Assembly: GCA_965198225.1 (NCBI GenBank)
Contig: CBDAOY010000007.1
Location: 512,001-576,000 of the forward strand
Source: Terriglobia bacterium
Lineage (GTDB): Bacteria > Acidobacteriota > Terriglobia > 20CM-2-55-15
DNA: 64,000 nucleotides
Reading direction: 5' to 3'
Shown in pieces: positions 1-8,909 of the stretch. The notes beneath the pieces were generated by a model. It did no database searches. It was not told the DNA's origin and saw nothing but the letters and a program-made list of their open reading frames with translations. Position numbers and translations under genes: made by a program. Positions within the stretch are counted from its first letter, which is position 1. Each line of letters opens with the position of its first letter.

Positions 1-1953
1 ACCGCGCATCGCGCCGACGAGGTTCGTGCGGTGGAGGTTCGAGATCGAGTCCTCGCCGCCGGTGGCCGGAACCTTGAAACCGTTGTTCAGCGCATGGTGC
101 CAGGGAATCAACGCCGCTTCGCCGGCCTGAGACCAGAGTTCGTGGTAGCTGATGGCCTCATGGGCGACATCCACCGGAAACGCTTTTGCCCCGCCAAGGT
201 TGCCATTCAGTGGGTCCTGAGACCCCCCGAACGGGTGAACATATGCGCCGATGGCGCCCTGCTCTTTCGCGAATAGCAGGATGTCGGTATTGGAAGGATA
301 GAGGCTCTCGATTGCCGTTCCTTCGTACCCTGTCACGAATGGTGAAATCAAGTGCTCGGTCAGGTTGAACAGCGAGATGTGACCGTAGAAAGGCGGCCGG
401 TACTCCTGACCGGTGTGCATGATTCTGTCCGGAGTCGACAGCGGATGCTCGTCGCTTGCGGCGTCGTAGTGCTGGTAGTCGATAATCCGATTGTCCTTGT
501 TGGCGATCATGTGGCCGATCATGTCCATGTCTTCGGCCGCCGCCATCAGAAACAGGTTCTCCGCGGTGTTGTGCAGGTTGCCGGCATAGTTCATGTGAAC
601 GTGGTTGCTGCCCGAGTACCAACCCTTAGCGGTCAAGTTGGTCATTCGATCCAGCCGTAGCGTGATCGAGTGAACCTGACCGGCTTCGACCTCGATGGTC
701 TCGGTCGCCGGGACGTACTCGAAACCCTTGACGGCTTCGACGGTGTAGGCCCCGGGCGGAACCTCGGTCGTGAATCGACCCGGGGTGTGGAAGAGTTGCT
801 CGTTGAGCGAGGACAGCCGTTCGTAGGCGTCGCTGGGCGTGTAGGATTTTCCGTCCGACGCCTGCTGGTAAATCCTTGCCGGTGTTTCGCGACCCGATTC
901 GTCAAGCACACGGACACTGATGGTGCCCATCGGCCTGCTCCAGCGCTTCGACGTGATCCGGACGATCTCGGCCCTTCCCCCCCAGCTCTTCAGCAGCTTC
1001 AACTGCGGAATTCCTCGCTCGTTCGAGATGTAAGCGATCCATTCTCCGTCCGGAGACCAGCGCGGATGGAAGCTGTCGTACTCCCCGAAAGTCATCTTGT
1101 AGGGTTCACCACCGCCGACGGGAAGAACGAACAGGTTGTTGAACTGGTGACCGAGATGTGAGCTGTAGACGATCCGCTTGCCGTCGGGCGATACGTGCGG
1201 GCGGGTACGGTAGAGCGTTTCCTCTTTGTGGATCAGCTCGGCCTGGCCGGTATTCATCACGTCCGGCTCCAGCGGCGCTCTCCAGATACCTCCCGAACCG
1301 AGCGGGATGCTGCGGTTGGAGATGAAAAGCAATTCCGATCCGTCCGGGGACCACGTCGGTGAGATGTGGAGGTCGTTGTTGCCGAAGTAGAGCCGCGATC
1401 GCCCGAACTGATTGTCGGTCGTGACTTCGGTGACGGAGCCCATGTTCCCGTCGACCAACTCCATCAGGCGAATGTTGAAATAACCGTTCGGTGCGGTGGA
1501 GACATACGCCAGCTGAGTGCCGTCGGGAGACCATGCGGGATCGATGTTGACGAATTCGCCCTCGGTCAGCGACCCCGATTCTCCGGTTTCCAGGTTCATG
1601 ATCATCAGGTTGATGCTGCGTCCATCGTCGTCGGCCGTGTAAACAAGCCAGTTTCCGTCCGGTGACCACTCCGGCGACGACAGGTACGCGCTCGAATAGG
1701 CGATTTCGTAAGCGGTCGTTTCACCCGGCCGGATCCGCCAGATCGATCCGTCCATCGCGAACGCGATCCATTCGCCGTCGGGCGACCAGGACGGCCACCA
1801 GGGTGTGCTGCTGCCGGCGGGTGGGAAGTAGAAGTTGTGCATGTAGTTTCCGCCGGTGCGTGCGTTTGGATAAACCTGGGCGGAGACGTTGGCCCCCAGG
1901 CAGAGCAGCGCCAACACGATAGACAGGGCGATGACGGGCTTTTTGTCGGACAT
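1..1953 (-). CDS. Secreted TolB-like beta-propeller (PD40 repeats) fused to CehA/McbA-type PHP-fold metallohydrolase; 3' end runs off window
   Basis: Not in ORF track (no stop in window). Hand translation from ATG 1953 (RBS GGAGAGG): MSDKKPVIALSIVLALLCLG signal, repeated P.WSPDG motifs, then GWYSGSNHVHMNY, YVHP and GGEDS metal motifs. Confidence 0.88.
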   Translation of the reverse strand, partial: MSDKKPVIALSIVLALLCLGANVSAQVYPNARTGGNYMHNFYFPPAGSSTPWWPSWSPDGEWIAFAMDGSIWRIRPGETTAYEIAYSSAYLSSPEWSPDGNWLVYTADDDGRSINLMIMNLETGESGSLTEGEFVNIDPAWSPDGTQLAYVSTAPNGYFNIRLMELVDGNMGSVTEVTTDNQFGRSRLYFGNNDLHISPTWSPDGSELLFISNRSIPLGSGGIWRAPLEPDVMNTGQAELIHKEETLYRTRPHVSPDGKRIVYSSHLGHQFNNLFVLPVGGGEPYKMTFGEYDSFHPRWSPDGEWIAYISNERGIPQLKLLKSWGGRAEIVRITSKRWSRPMGTISVRVLDESGRETPARIYQQASDGKSYTPSDAYERLSSLNEQLFHTPGRFTTEVPPGAYTVEAVKGFEYVPATETIEVEAGQVHSITLRLDRMTNLTAKGWYSGSNHVHMNYAGNLHNTAENLFLMAAAEDMDMIGHMIANKDNRIIDYQHYDAASDEHPLSTPDRIMHTGQEYRPPFYGHISLFNLTEHLISPFVTGYEGTAIESLYPSNTDILLFAKEQGAIGAYVHPFGGSQDPLNGNLGGAKAFPVDVAHEAISYHELWSQAGEAALIPWHHALNNGFKVPATGGEDSISNLHRTNLVGAMRG

Positions 1954-2054
1954 CGGACTCACCTCTCCGGTTTTTAAGAAGGCCAAATGCGGCGTGGGGG
2001 TCAGTATATGGGGCCGGCGTACGGGAGTGAAACAAAACCGGGGCGGCGGTTGGA

Positions 2055-2410
2055 GACGTTAGGACGTAGGCCGTAGGCCGTTGTGGTGTTGCTCAGTGAG
2101 AGTTGGTCGGTGACTGGCGAGGGGTGACGCGTAGGCCGTTGTCCGTAGGACGTTGCGGTGTCGCTTGACGAATGTTGGCCGGTGACTGGCGAGGGATGAC
2201 GCGTAGGCCGTTATCCGTAGGCCGTTGTCGTGTCGCCTAACGAATATTGGTTGGTGATTGGCGAGGGGACCCACTTTCCTACCGGAAGAGAAATTCGTCG
2301 CCAGTCACCCGGCAATCTACACCGAGCGACACCACAACGGCCTACGGCCTACGTCCTAACGTCCCAGCCACGGCCTACGTCCCCACCAACGGCCTACGGC
2401 CAACGTTGCT
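2055..2410. repeat. CGTAGGC/CGTTGTC heptamer-based long inverted repeat with triplicated left arm
   Basis: Arms 2055-2120 and 2298-2363 are imperfect reverse complements; related units start at 2130 and 2202 (72-bp period). Confidence 0.9.
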
Positions 2411-2436
2411 CCCGATCGTCACTTCTTCAAATAATC

Positions 2437-2462
2437 TGAAACCTTTTCGGCCAAACGCCGTT
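2437..2462 (+). promoter_or_regulatory. Candidate ECF-sigma promoter (TGAAAC-N16-CGTT) upstream of padR-ADOP
   Basis: Matches the SigW/SigM-type AAC...CGT consensus and spacing. Confidence 0.5.
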
Positions 2463-2544
2463 CTAGATATTTCATGAGCATCGGGGTGTCTGCGCTCTAG
2501 ATACATAGAGCTACAATGCATAAGAGCGGAAGCCATCGGTTCAA

Positions 2545-2895
2545 ATGGAGATTAAACAATTGATTTCAAAAGATCTTGTCGCCGCGTCTGCAACGCCGTT
2601 GATCCTGTCGATCTTGCTCAACGAGGGGGAGAGCTACGGCTACGCGATCATCGCGGCCGTCCGCGACCTGTCTGACGGAGACCTTAGGTGGACCGACGGG
2701 ATGTTGTATCCGGTCCTGCACCGTCTGGAGCGCAATGGTCTGGTTCAATCCGAATGGCGGCTCTCCGATGTCGGCCGGAGACGAAAGTACTACCGGCTGA
2801 CGGGTGAGGGCTACGAGGGTCTGGAACGCGAGCGTGCCCAGTGGCTCCGGGTGCACGCCACCCTGGAAAAGCTCTGGGTGAAGAATCATGTTTGA
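2545..2895 (+). CDS. PadR family transcriptional regulator
   Basis: GESYGYAII, GMLYPVLHRLE, RRRKYYRLT motifs; overlaps the following permease. Confidence 0.93.
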   Translation: MEIKQLISKDLVAASATPLILSILLNEGESYGYAIIAAVRDLSDGDLRWTDGMLYPVLHRLERNGLVQSEWRLSDVGRRRKYYRLTGEGYEGLERERAQWLRVHATLEKLWVKNHV

Positions 2896-5632
2896 CCTGG
2901 AAAGAGCTGTCGCCGACTGGCGCTGGCGGCTCCGTACCCGGATGCAAGTGTCCGGGGAAACGATCGCGGAACTGGAGGATCACCTGCGCACCCAGGTCGA
3001 GACGCTGGGTGCTGGCGGGTTGAGTCAGGAAGAGGCCTTTCAGACGGCTGTTCGCCGGCTCGGCGACGAATCGAGCGTGCGGTCGGAATTCGACAAGGTG
3101 GAGCCCGATGACGGACGGCCCGTGATGGGACCGGATCACAGCGTAGAACGAATCCGTGGGAGGAGAGGTATTTCGATGAGGACTTTCTTTCAAGACATCC
3201 GGTATTCACTACGGTTGCTGCGACAGAGCCCGAGCTTTGCCGTCGTGGCCATCTTGACCCTCGCTCTGGGAATCGGCGCGAACACGGCTGTCTTCAGCGT
3301 CGTCAACGCCGTCCTCGTGCGACCTCTACCCTACGAAGACCCCGAGCAGCTGACCGTCATCTGGACAGACTTCGGCCGGGACCTGCCGCAGAACTGGGTT
3401 TCGGGTCCCGAGCTCGTCGAGATGCAGGAGTTCAATTCGCTGTTCGAAGCCGTGGGCGCTGTGATACCGACAACGGTTGCGTTCACGGGATCGGGCGAAC
3501 CCGAACAGATCCGTGCCGCCGGAGCGACGGGAAACTTCTTCCGCGTGATGAAGGTCAACCCGGCTCAAGGTCGTCTGTTCCGTGACGATGATGACGTTGC
3601 CGGAGCCGCGCCGGTCGCCGTCCTCAGCGATGGCTTCTGGAAGCGCCGGTTTGGAGGAGATCGCTCGATCCTGGGGCAGACCATATCCACCGACGGCGTC
3701 CCTCTGACGGTCGTCGGTATCCTGCCCGCAGACTTCGCCATCCTCCATCCCGGGTCCAACTTCCCCAAGGATATCGATGTCTGGACGCCGATGGCCGGTC
3801 TGCTCCAGGCTTTCTTCGGTACGGGAAACTACGAAGAATTGCCACGCGGTTCCCACTTCATGAACGCCTTTGCGCGGATGAAGCCGGGTGTGACCCTGGC
3901 ACAGGCGCAATCGGACATGAGTGCGGTCGCCCTCCAGATGCAGGAAAAGACCCCTGATTACTACGATTTTGACGGATGGGGAATCACGGTTTTGTCCCTC
4001 CATGGCGACCTCGTCGAGGAAGCCCGTCCGGCCATGCTCGTACTTCTGGGGGCGGTAGCCTTCGTCCTGCTGATCGCGTGCGTCAACGTCGCCAACCTGA
4101 TGTTGGCCCGCGCGGCATCCCGGGAAAGGGAAGGTGCGGTGCGCGCCGCACTGGGTGCCGGCCGCTGGCGAATGATCCGGCAGCTCATGACCGAGAGCGT
4201 GACCCTTTCGGTTGTCGGCGGCGCATTCGGGCTCCTGATGGCTTTCGGGTTGGTTCGCGTGGTTTCTGCGATGGCGCCGGCCAGTCTTCCCAGGGGCGAC
4301 GAAATCGGAATCGACAGCGGCGTGCTTCTCTTCACGCTGGTCGTGTCGATCGGGACCGGCATCCTGTTCGGATTCGCTCCGGCGCTCCACAACTTGAAGG
4401 GTGATCTGGTCGAGTCGTTGAAGGAAGGCGGCAGGGGCGCGACGGGAGTCCGTGGTCGCCGGCTGCACAGCCTGCTGGTGGTCTCGGAAGTTACGCTGGC
4501 GATCGTCCTCCTCGTGGGCGCAGGGTTGATGATCCGCAGCTTCTCGGAACTGATGAATTCCGATCCCGGGTACAACACCGAGAACCTGCTGACGATGCGG
4601 GTGTCGCTTCCCGGCGGCAAGTACGACGGCAACGGGCAGAGGGCGTTCTTCGACAGCCTTCTGGAGCGGACTGCCGCCCTTCCCGGTGTGCTGTCGGCGG
4701 GCGCCATCTCTCATCTGCCGCTGAGTGGCATCGGAGGATCGGGAACGACCCGGGTCGACCGCACCGACCAGTTTCCTGCAGATGAAGCCTACATCGAGGC
4801 CGACCGCCGCTATGTGAGCCCCGACTATTTTCCCACGATGGGTGTGCGGCTCGTGGCGGGCCGGAACTTCACGTCGGCCGACGCCGTCGAAGCGCCTCTG
4901 GTCGCGGTCGTTGATGAAGAGTTCGCCGGCCGTTTCTGGCCCGACGACGACCCGGTCGGAAAACACATCTCGATTCAATTCCGCGAGCCGGTCTGGCGCG
5001 AGGTGGTCGGCGTGGTCGCACACTCCCGACACACCGATCTCGAAACCGTGGGACGGGAGCAGGTCTACATGCCCTACAAACAGGTGCCGCAGTCGGGCAT
5101 GTTCCTGACGTTGAAGACCCAGGGCGACCCATTGTCGCTCGCGTCGGCGGTTCGCACCGAAGTTTGGGCACTGGATGACGATCAGCCGGTCGATGACGTC
5201 GCAACGATGGCCTCACGGGTCGAGGGAGCGCTCGGTCCGACGAGATTCAACCTGATGCTGTTGTCGGTGTTCGCGACCCTCGCTCTGCTGCTCGCCGCTG
5301 TCGGCGTCTACGGCGTCGTGTCCTACTCGGTGACGCAGCGGAATCACGAGATCGGTGTTCGCATGGCGCTGGGCGCAGGTAGGGGGGACGTGCAAGGAAT
5401 GATCCTGCGGCAGAGCCTGACGACGGTGGTGGCCGGTCTGGTCTTCGGCCTTGTCGCCGCGCTCGGTCTGACCCGATTCATCGCGAGTCTGCTCTACAAC
5501 GTGTCGCCCAACGACCCCCCGACGTACGCCTGGGTGGCCCTCGTCCTGACGATCACGGCCGCGCTCGCCTGCTACCTGCCAGCCCTGCGCGCTACGCGGG
5601 TGGACCCGGGCTCAGTGCTGCACCAGGAATAG
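2888..5632 (+). CDS. ADOP-family (Acidobacterial duplicated orphan) ABC permease with N-terminal permease-prefix domain
   Basis: ELEDHL prefix domain, LALGIGANTAVFSVV, LLIACVNVANL, EIGVRMALGA; duplicated MacB/FtsX architecture. Confidence 0.95.
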   Translation: MFDLERAVADWRWRLRTRMQVSGETIAELEDHLRTQVETLGAGGLSQEEAFQTAVRRLGDESSVRSEFDKVEPDDGRPVMGPDHSVERIRGRRGISMRTFFQDIRYSLRLLRQSPSFAVVAILTLALGIGANTAVFSVVNAVLVRPLPYEDPEQLTVIWTDFGRDLPQNWVSGPELVEMQEFNSLFEAVGAVIPTTVAFTGSGEPEQIRAAGATGNFFRVMKVNPAQGRLFRDDDDVAGAAPVAVLSDGFWKRRFGGDRSILGQTISTDGVPLTVVGILPADFAILHPGSNFPKDIDVWTPMAGLLQAFFGTGNYEELPRGSHFMNAFARMKPGVTLAQAQSDMSAVALQMQEKTPDYYDFDGWGITVLSLHGDLVEEARPAMLVLLGAVAFVLLIACVNVANLMLARAASREREGAVRAALGAGRWRMIRQLMTESVTLSVVGGAFGLLMAFGLVRVVSAMAPASLPRGDEIGIDSGVLLFTLVVSIGTGILFGFAPALHNLKGDLVESLKEGGRGATGVRGRRLHSLLVVSEVTLAIVLLVGAGLMIRSFSELMNSDPGYNTENLLTMRVSLPGGKYDGNGQRAFFDSLLERTAALPGVLSAGAISHLPLSGIGGSGTTRVDRTDQFPADEAYIEADRRYVSPDYFPTMGVRLVAGRNFTSADAVEAPLVAVVDEEFAGRFWPDDDPVGKHISIQFREPVWREVVGVVAHSRHTDLETVGREQVYMPYKQVPQSGMFLTLKTQGDPLSLASAVRTEVWALDDDQPVDDVATMASRVEGALGPTRFNLMLLSVFATLALLLAAVGVYGVVSYSVTQRNHEIGVRMALGAGRGDVQGMILRQSLTTVVAGLVFGLVAALGLTRFIASLLYNVSPNDPPTYAWVALVLTITAALACYLPALRATRVDPGSVLHQE

Positions 5633-5653
5633 GTCTTTAACTGCCCGTATCAA

Positions 5654-5804
5654 GTGTTGGGTACGGGTTGGGCGTCTGGGCGTTCACAAACATGTCTGCT
5701 CAGTCAACACCCGCGTACCAGATGCTGGGTACGGGTCGGCCTCCGGCGTTCGCAAACATGTCTGCTCAGTCAACACCCGGGGACAGGGCTATACCCCTGT
5801 CCCC
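5654..5804 (+). repeat. GGGGACAGG-palindrome element, copy A, with tandemly duplicated 5' part
   Basis: Core GGGGACAGGGCTATACCCCTGTCCCC at 5779-5804; CAAACATGTCTGCTCAGTCAACACCC present twice. Confidence 0.85.
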
Positions 5805-5813
5805 GACCGTTGT

Positions 5814-5922
5814 TTAGCGTCGGGCCCACCGTCCCCCTCTCACCTCGAACGAGAGCGTTCGACGACACACGCGCGAAACGGACGGCTTCGAAGAAAGACA
5901 GCTGGTCCGGTCCCCCCACGCC
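5814..5922. repeat. Dispersed ~110-bp element, copy 1 (copy 2 at 32422-32534)
   Basis: Identical 26-mer TTAGCGTCGGGCCCACCGTCCCCCTC plus GAGCGTTC and AGAAAGRCAGCTGGTCCGG at identical offsets. Confidence 0.8.
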
Positions 5923-6014
5923 CGGAGCTCTCCCAACCGGCTCGCGACCACCGCAGACAACTGCGGTCGGCTCTTACTCGTCACTCGTCACTCTCTTCGT
6001 TGTAAGCTTCCACC

Positions 6015-7112
6015 ATGTCCGAGCCGGAAATGTACGGGGTTCTAGCTGAGGACGACGGAAGGACACCCGGATACGAACCGCCGCTGAGCGACGAGCAGCA
6101 GCTCGAGCTGTATCGTCTCCTGGTCCAGACGCGCTTGTTCGACGCTCAGGCGATCAGCCTCCATCGCCAGGGACGGATCGGGATCTATGGTTCCTCCGAG
6201 GGCGAGGAGGCCCTGGCCGTTGCCGCCGCGATGACGCTTTCGACCGGGGACTGGTTGTTTCCCGATTACCGGGTGCCCGGCGCCCTCTTCCAGCGTGGTG
6301 TCCGGATGCGGGAGTTTCTGGCCCAGCTCTTTGGAACATCGGAAGACCTCAGCAAGGGGCGTCAGTTGCCCACCCATCACGGTTCCCGCGACCTACGCAT
6401 CGCCTCCATCGCGAGTCCGGTCGGGAACGGCATTCCTCATGCGGTCGGGTTTGCCTGGGCCGCCCGGATCAAGAAAGGTCCCGAGGTTGTCCTCAACTTT
6501 TTCGGTGACGGGGCGACTTCCGAGGAAGGCTTCCACACGGGCATGAACATCGCCGGCGTTCACAGACTTCCGATCGTCTTTGTGTGCCGCAACAACCAGT
6601 ACGCGATTTCGGTTCCCCTCAGCCTGCAGACCGCTTCGGAGACCATTGCGATCAAGGCGCAGGCCTACGGATTTGAGGGAGTGCGGGTTGATGGCAGCGA
6701 TGCGCTCGCGGTTCACAAAGTTGTCGGTGAAGCCGTCGAGCGGGCACGCGGCGGCGGGGGACCCACGCTGATCGAAGGTGTCAGCTACCGTCACGGCGCG
6801 CATTCCACTTCCGATGACGACACGCGTTACCGCGAACGCAAAGAGGCCGAGGCGTGGCGGAAGCGGGACCCGATCGCCCGTTTCGGGCGCTACCTGCAGG
6901 CCCGGAGACTCTGGGATGACGATCAGGAAGCGATGCTGCAGGCCTCGATGCAGGCAGCCGTACATACCGCTGTCGGAGAAGCCGAGGCCGCCCCGGCGCC
7001 CGCGCTCGACACGCTGTTCGAAGATGTCTACGGCGAGAAACCGTGGCATCTGAGAGAACAGCAGCAGGATCTGGAGAACCACCTCCGACGTAAGAAGGGA
7101 AGTGGGGCATGA
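6015..7112 (+). CDS. pdhA: 2-oxoacid (pyruvate or branched-chain) dehydrogenase E1 alpha subunit
   Basis: RQGRIG, GDGATSE...NNQYAIS TPP motif, HSTSDD; substrate class uncertain. Confidence 0.93.
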   Translation: MSEPEMYGVLAEDDGRTPGYEPPLSDEQQLELYRLLVQTRLFDAQAISLHRQGRIGIYGSSEGEEALAVAAAMTLSTGDWLFPDYRVPGALFQRGVRMREFLAQLFGTSEDLSKGRQLPTHHGSRDLRIASIASPVGNGIPHAVGFAWAARIKKGPEVVLNFFGDGATSEEGFHTGMNIAGVHRLPIVFVCRNNQYAISVPLSLQTASETIAIKAQAYGFEGVRVDGSDALAVHKVVGEAVERARGGGGPTLIEGVSYRHGAHSTSDDDTRYRERKEAEAWRKRDPIARFGRYLQARRLWDDDQEAMLQASMQAAVHTAVGEAEAAPAPALDTLFEDVYGEKPWHLREQQQDLENHLRRKKGSGA

Positions 7113-8083
7113 GCCGCATGAACATGATCGAGGCCCTCAACGACGCCCTCCATGTCGGAATGCGTGAGAACGACGATGTCGTCATGCTCGGTGAGGACGT
7201 TGGCCGCCTGGGTGGTGTTTTCAGGGTCAGCGCCGGGCTGCAGGACGAGTTCGGCGACGACCGGGTCCTGGATACGCCGCTGTCGGAGGCGGGCATCATC
7301 GGCTCGGCAATCGGGATGGCCCTCTACGGCCTGCGACCCGTGGCCGAGATCCAGTTCGCAGACTTCGTGTTTCCTGCGTTCGACCAGATCGTGAACGAAC
7401 TGGCCAAGTACCGCTATCGATCAGGAAATCAGTTCGCCTGTCCCGTCCTGGTTCGCATGCCGGTGGGCGGCGGAATCGGAGGCGGACACTACCATTCCCA
7501 GAGCCCGGAAAGCTACTTCGCGCACACGGCCGGACTTAAGGTCGTGATCCCTTCCAGCCCCTACGACGCGAAGGGACTCCTCCTGGCTGCCCTCGCCGAC
7601 GAGGATCCCGTCGTGTTCCTCGAGCCGAAAAAACTCTACCGCACGACGAGCGACGAGGTTCCAGAGGAGGGCTACACGGTCCCGATCGGCGAGGCTCGAA
7701 CCCTGCGCGAGGGAAGCGACGTCACACTCGTCTGCTACGGAGCGATGGTGCCCCTTGCGGAGCAGGCGGCTGTGGCCGCGGCGGGTGAGAGAATCAGTGT
7801 CGAAGTCCTCGACCTGCGAAGCCTGCTCCCGGTCGACATCGAGGCTCTCGTTCGGTCGGTCGAGAAGACCAGCCGCGTCGTTATCGTCCACGAGGCCCCC
7901 CGAACATGCGGCTACGCCGGCGAGCTTGCATCGCTGATTGTCGAGAAGGCGTTCTGGAGCCTGGACGCGCCGATCATGCGGGTCACGGGATTCGACACAC
8001 CCTTCCCTTATCGTCTCGAAGCCGAATACATGCCGACCCCGGACCGGATCCTGGAAGCCATCCGAACAACGATGACCGTGTAG
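7109..8083 (+). CDS. pdhB: 2-oxoacid dehydrogenase E1 beta subunit
   Basis: GEDVG..GGVFR, DTPLSE, EIQFADF, HSQSPE. Confidence 0.95.
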   Translation: MSRMNMIEALNDALHVGMRENDDVVMLGEDVGRLGGVFRVSAGLQDEFGDDRVLDTPLSEAGIIGSAIGMALYGLRPVAEIQFADFVFPAFDQIVNELAKYRYRSGNQFACPVLVRMPVGGGIGGGHYHSQSPESYFAHTAGLKVVIPSSPYDAKGLLLAALADEDPVVFLEPKKLYRTTSDEVPEEGYTVPIGEARTLREGSDVTLVCYGAMVPLAEQAAVAAAGERISVEVLDLRSLLPVDIEALVRSVEKTSRVVIVHEAPRTCGYAGELASLIVEKAFWSLDAPIMRVTGFDTPFPYRLEAEYMPTPDRILEAIRTTMTV

Positions 8084-8124
8084 GCAGGCTACGCGGCAGG
8101 CGCCTGAGGCGGACCGAGCTGCTC

Positions 8125-8841
8125 CTACGGTTCGGACTTAAAATCGATCCAGGTTGCCTGCGCGGCACCGCAAAGATCCCCGGACTCTGAGAACAGGGCG
8201 GTGCCGGTGGCGTGTTTTCTCCCGCTGCTGTGGATGTGCCAGCCGATCGTGACACATTTTTCGCCAACCCTTACGGATCGTCCGAGACGAGTGGTCAGCC
8301 GGCCGAGCAGGCGAGTGGCGTGGCCATCGATGGCGAAGAAGCCTGGACAATCCAGAGCGGCCCACCGAAACTCCTCCCGGATTCTGCCGTCTGTGCCGGC
8401 CTGGTGTTCCTCCGGGATCCACGGTGAGGCCACGATGTCTCTGTCCGGAATAGGACTCGGGAAGACATGCATGCCGTCCTCGCGCAACGGGCCGCAGACA
8501 TAGCAATGAGGCAAAGCGTGAAACTCGAAACCTCGGTAGGATCTGGTCGCCGCCGAGGCGACCTCGAAACTCGGCGGCTCGGGTATGTCAATGTCCAGTG
8601 TTGCGGAGCGTGCCTCGGCTACGAGGTCGTCACCGTCCCTCAACGACACTCTGCTTCCGTTCAGCTCGAGATCGAGCGCCCGTTCCAGCGGCGGCGGCTT
8701 GCGCAGCGTGACCTCCGCCACTCCGTCGACGTGCCGGGCCATCGACCCGCACACATAGCCGCCGTTTCCGGAATCCTTCGGCCCGCAATACCGTTTGTCG
8801 ATAATGACCTGGTCTTTCACTGTTCGGGACCGTTCATCCAC
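8125..8841 (-). CDS. Double hotdog-fold (thioesterase-like) protein
   Basis: GP.SGNGGY, TLRKPPPL, CYVCG, WAALDCPG motifs. Confidence 0.75.
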   Translation of the reverse strand: MDERSRTVKDQVIIDKRYCGPKDSGNGGYVCGSMARHVDGVAEVTLRKPPPLERALDLELNGSRVSLRDGDDLVAEARSATLDIDIPEPPSFEVASAATRSYRGFEFHALPHCYVCGPLREDGMHVFPSPIPDRDIVASPWIPEEHQAGTDGRIREEFRWAALDCPGFFAIDGHATRLLGRLTTRLGRSVRVGEKCVTIGWHIHSSGRKHATGTALFSESGDLCGAAQATWIDFKSEP

Positions 8842-8850
8842 GTTTCCGCT

Positions 8851-8909
8851 AGCCGAAACACCCGGGGGCAGGGCCAGGCCCCTGTCCCCCTCACAGTGGC
8901 TCCCTCACC
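8851..8909 (+). repeat. GGGGACAGG-palindrome element, copy B
   Basis: ACACCCGGGGGCAGGGCCAGGCCCCTGTCCCCCTCACAGTGGCTC. Confidence 0.8.

Noticed and set aside
2065-2270. CRISPR array or repeat-protein ORF (2059..2274) from the 72-bp units
   Set aside because: Units are similar along their whole length with no unique spacers, no cas genes are present, and the same heptamers recur in other gaps; the ORF is a by-product
3326-5032. 568-aa minus ORF and similar long antisense ORFs (8467..9537, 10393..11562, 45272..46723, 51703..53106)
   Set aside because: Shadows of well-supported genes in GC-rich DNA; no motifs
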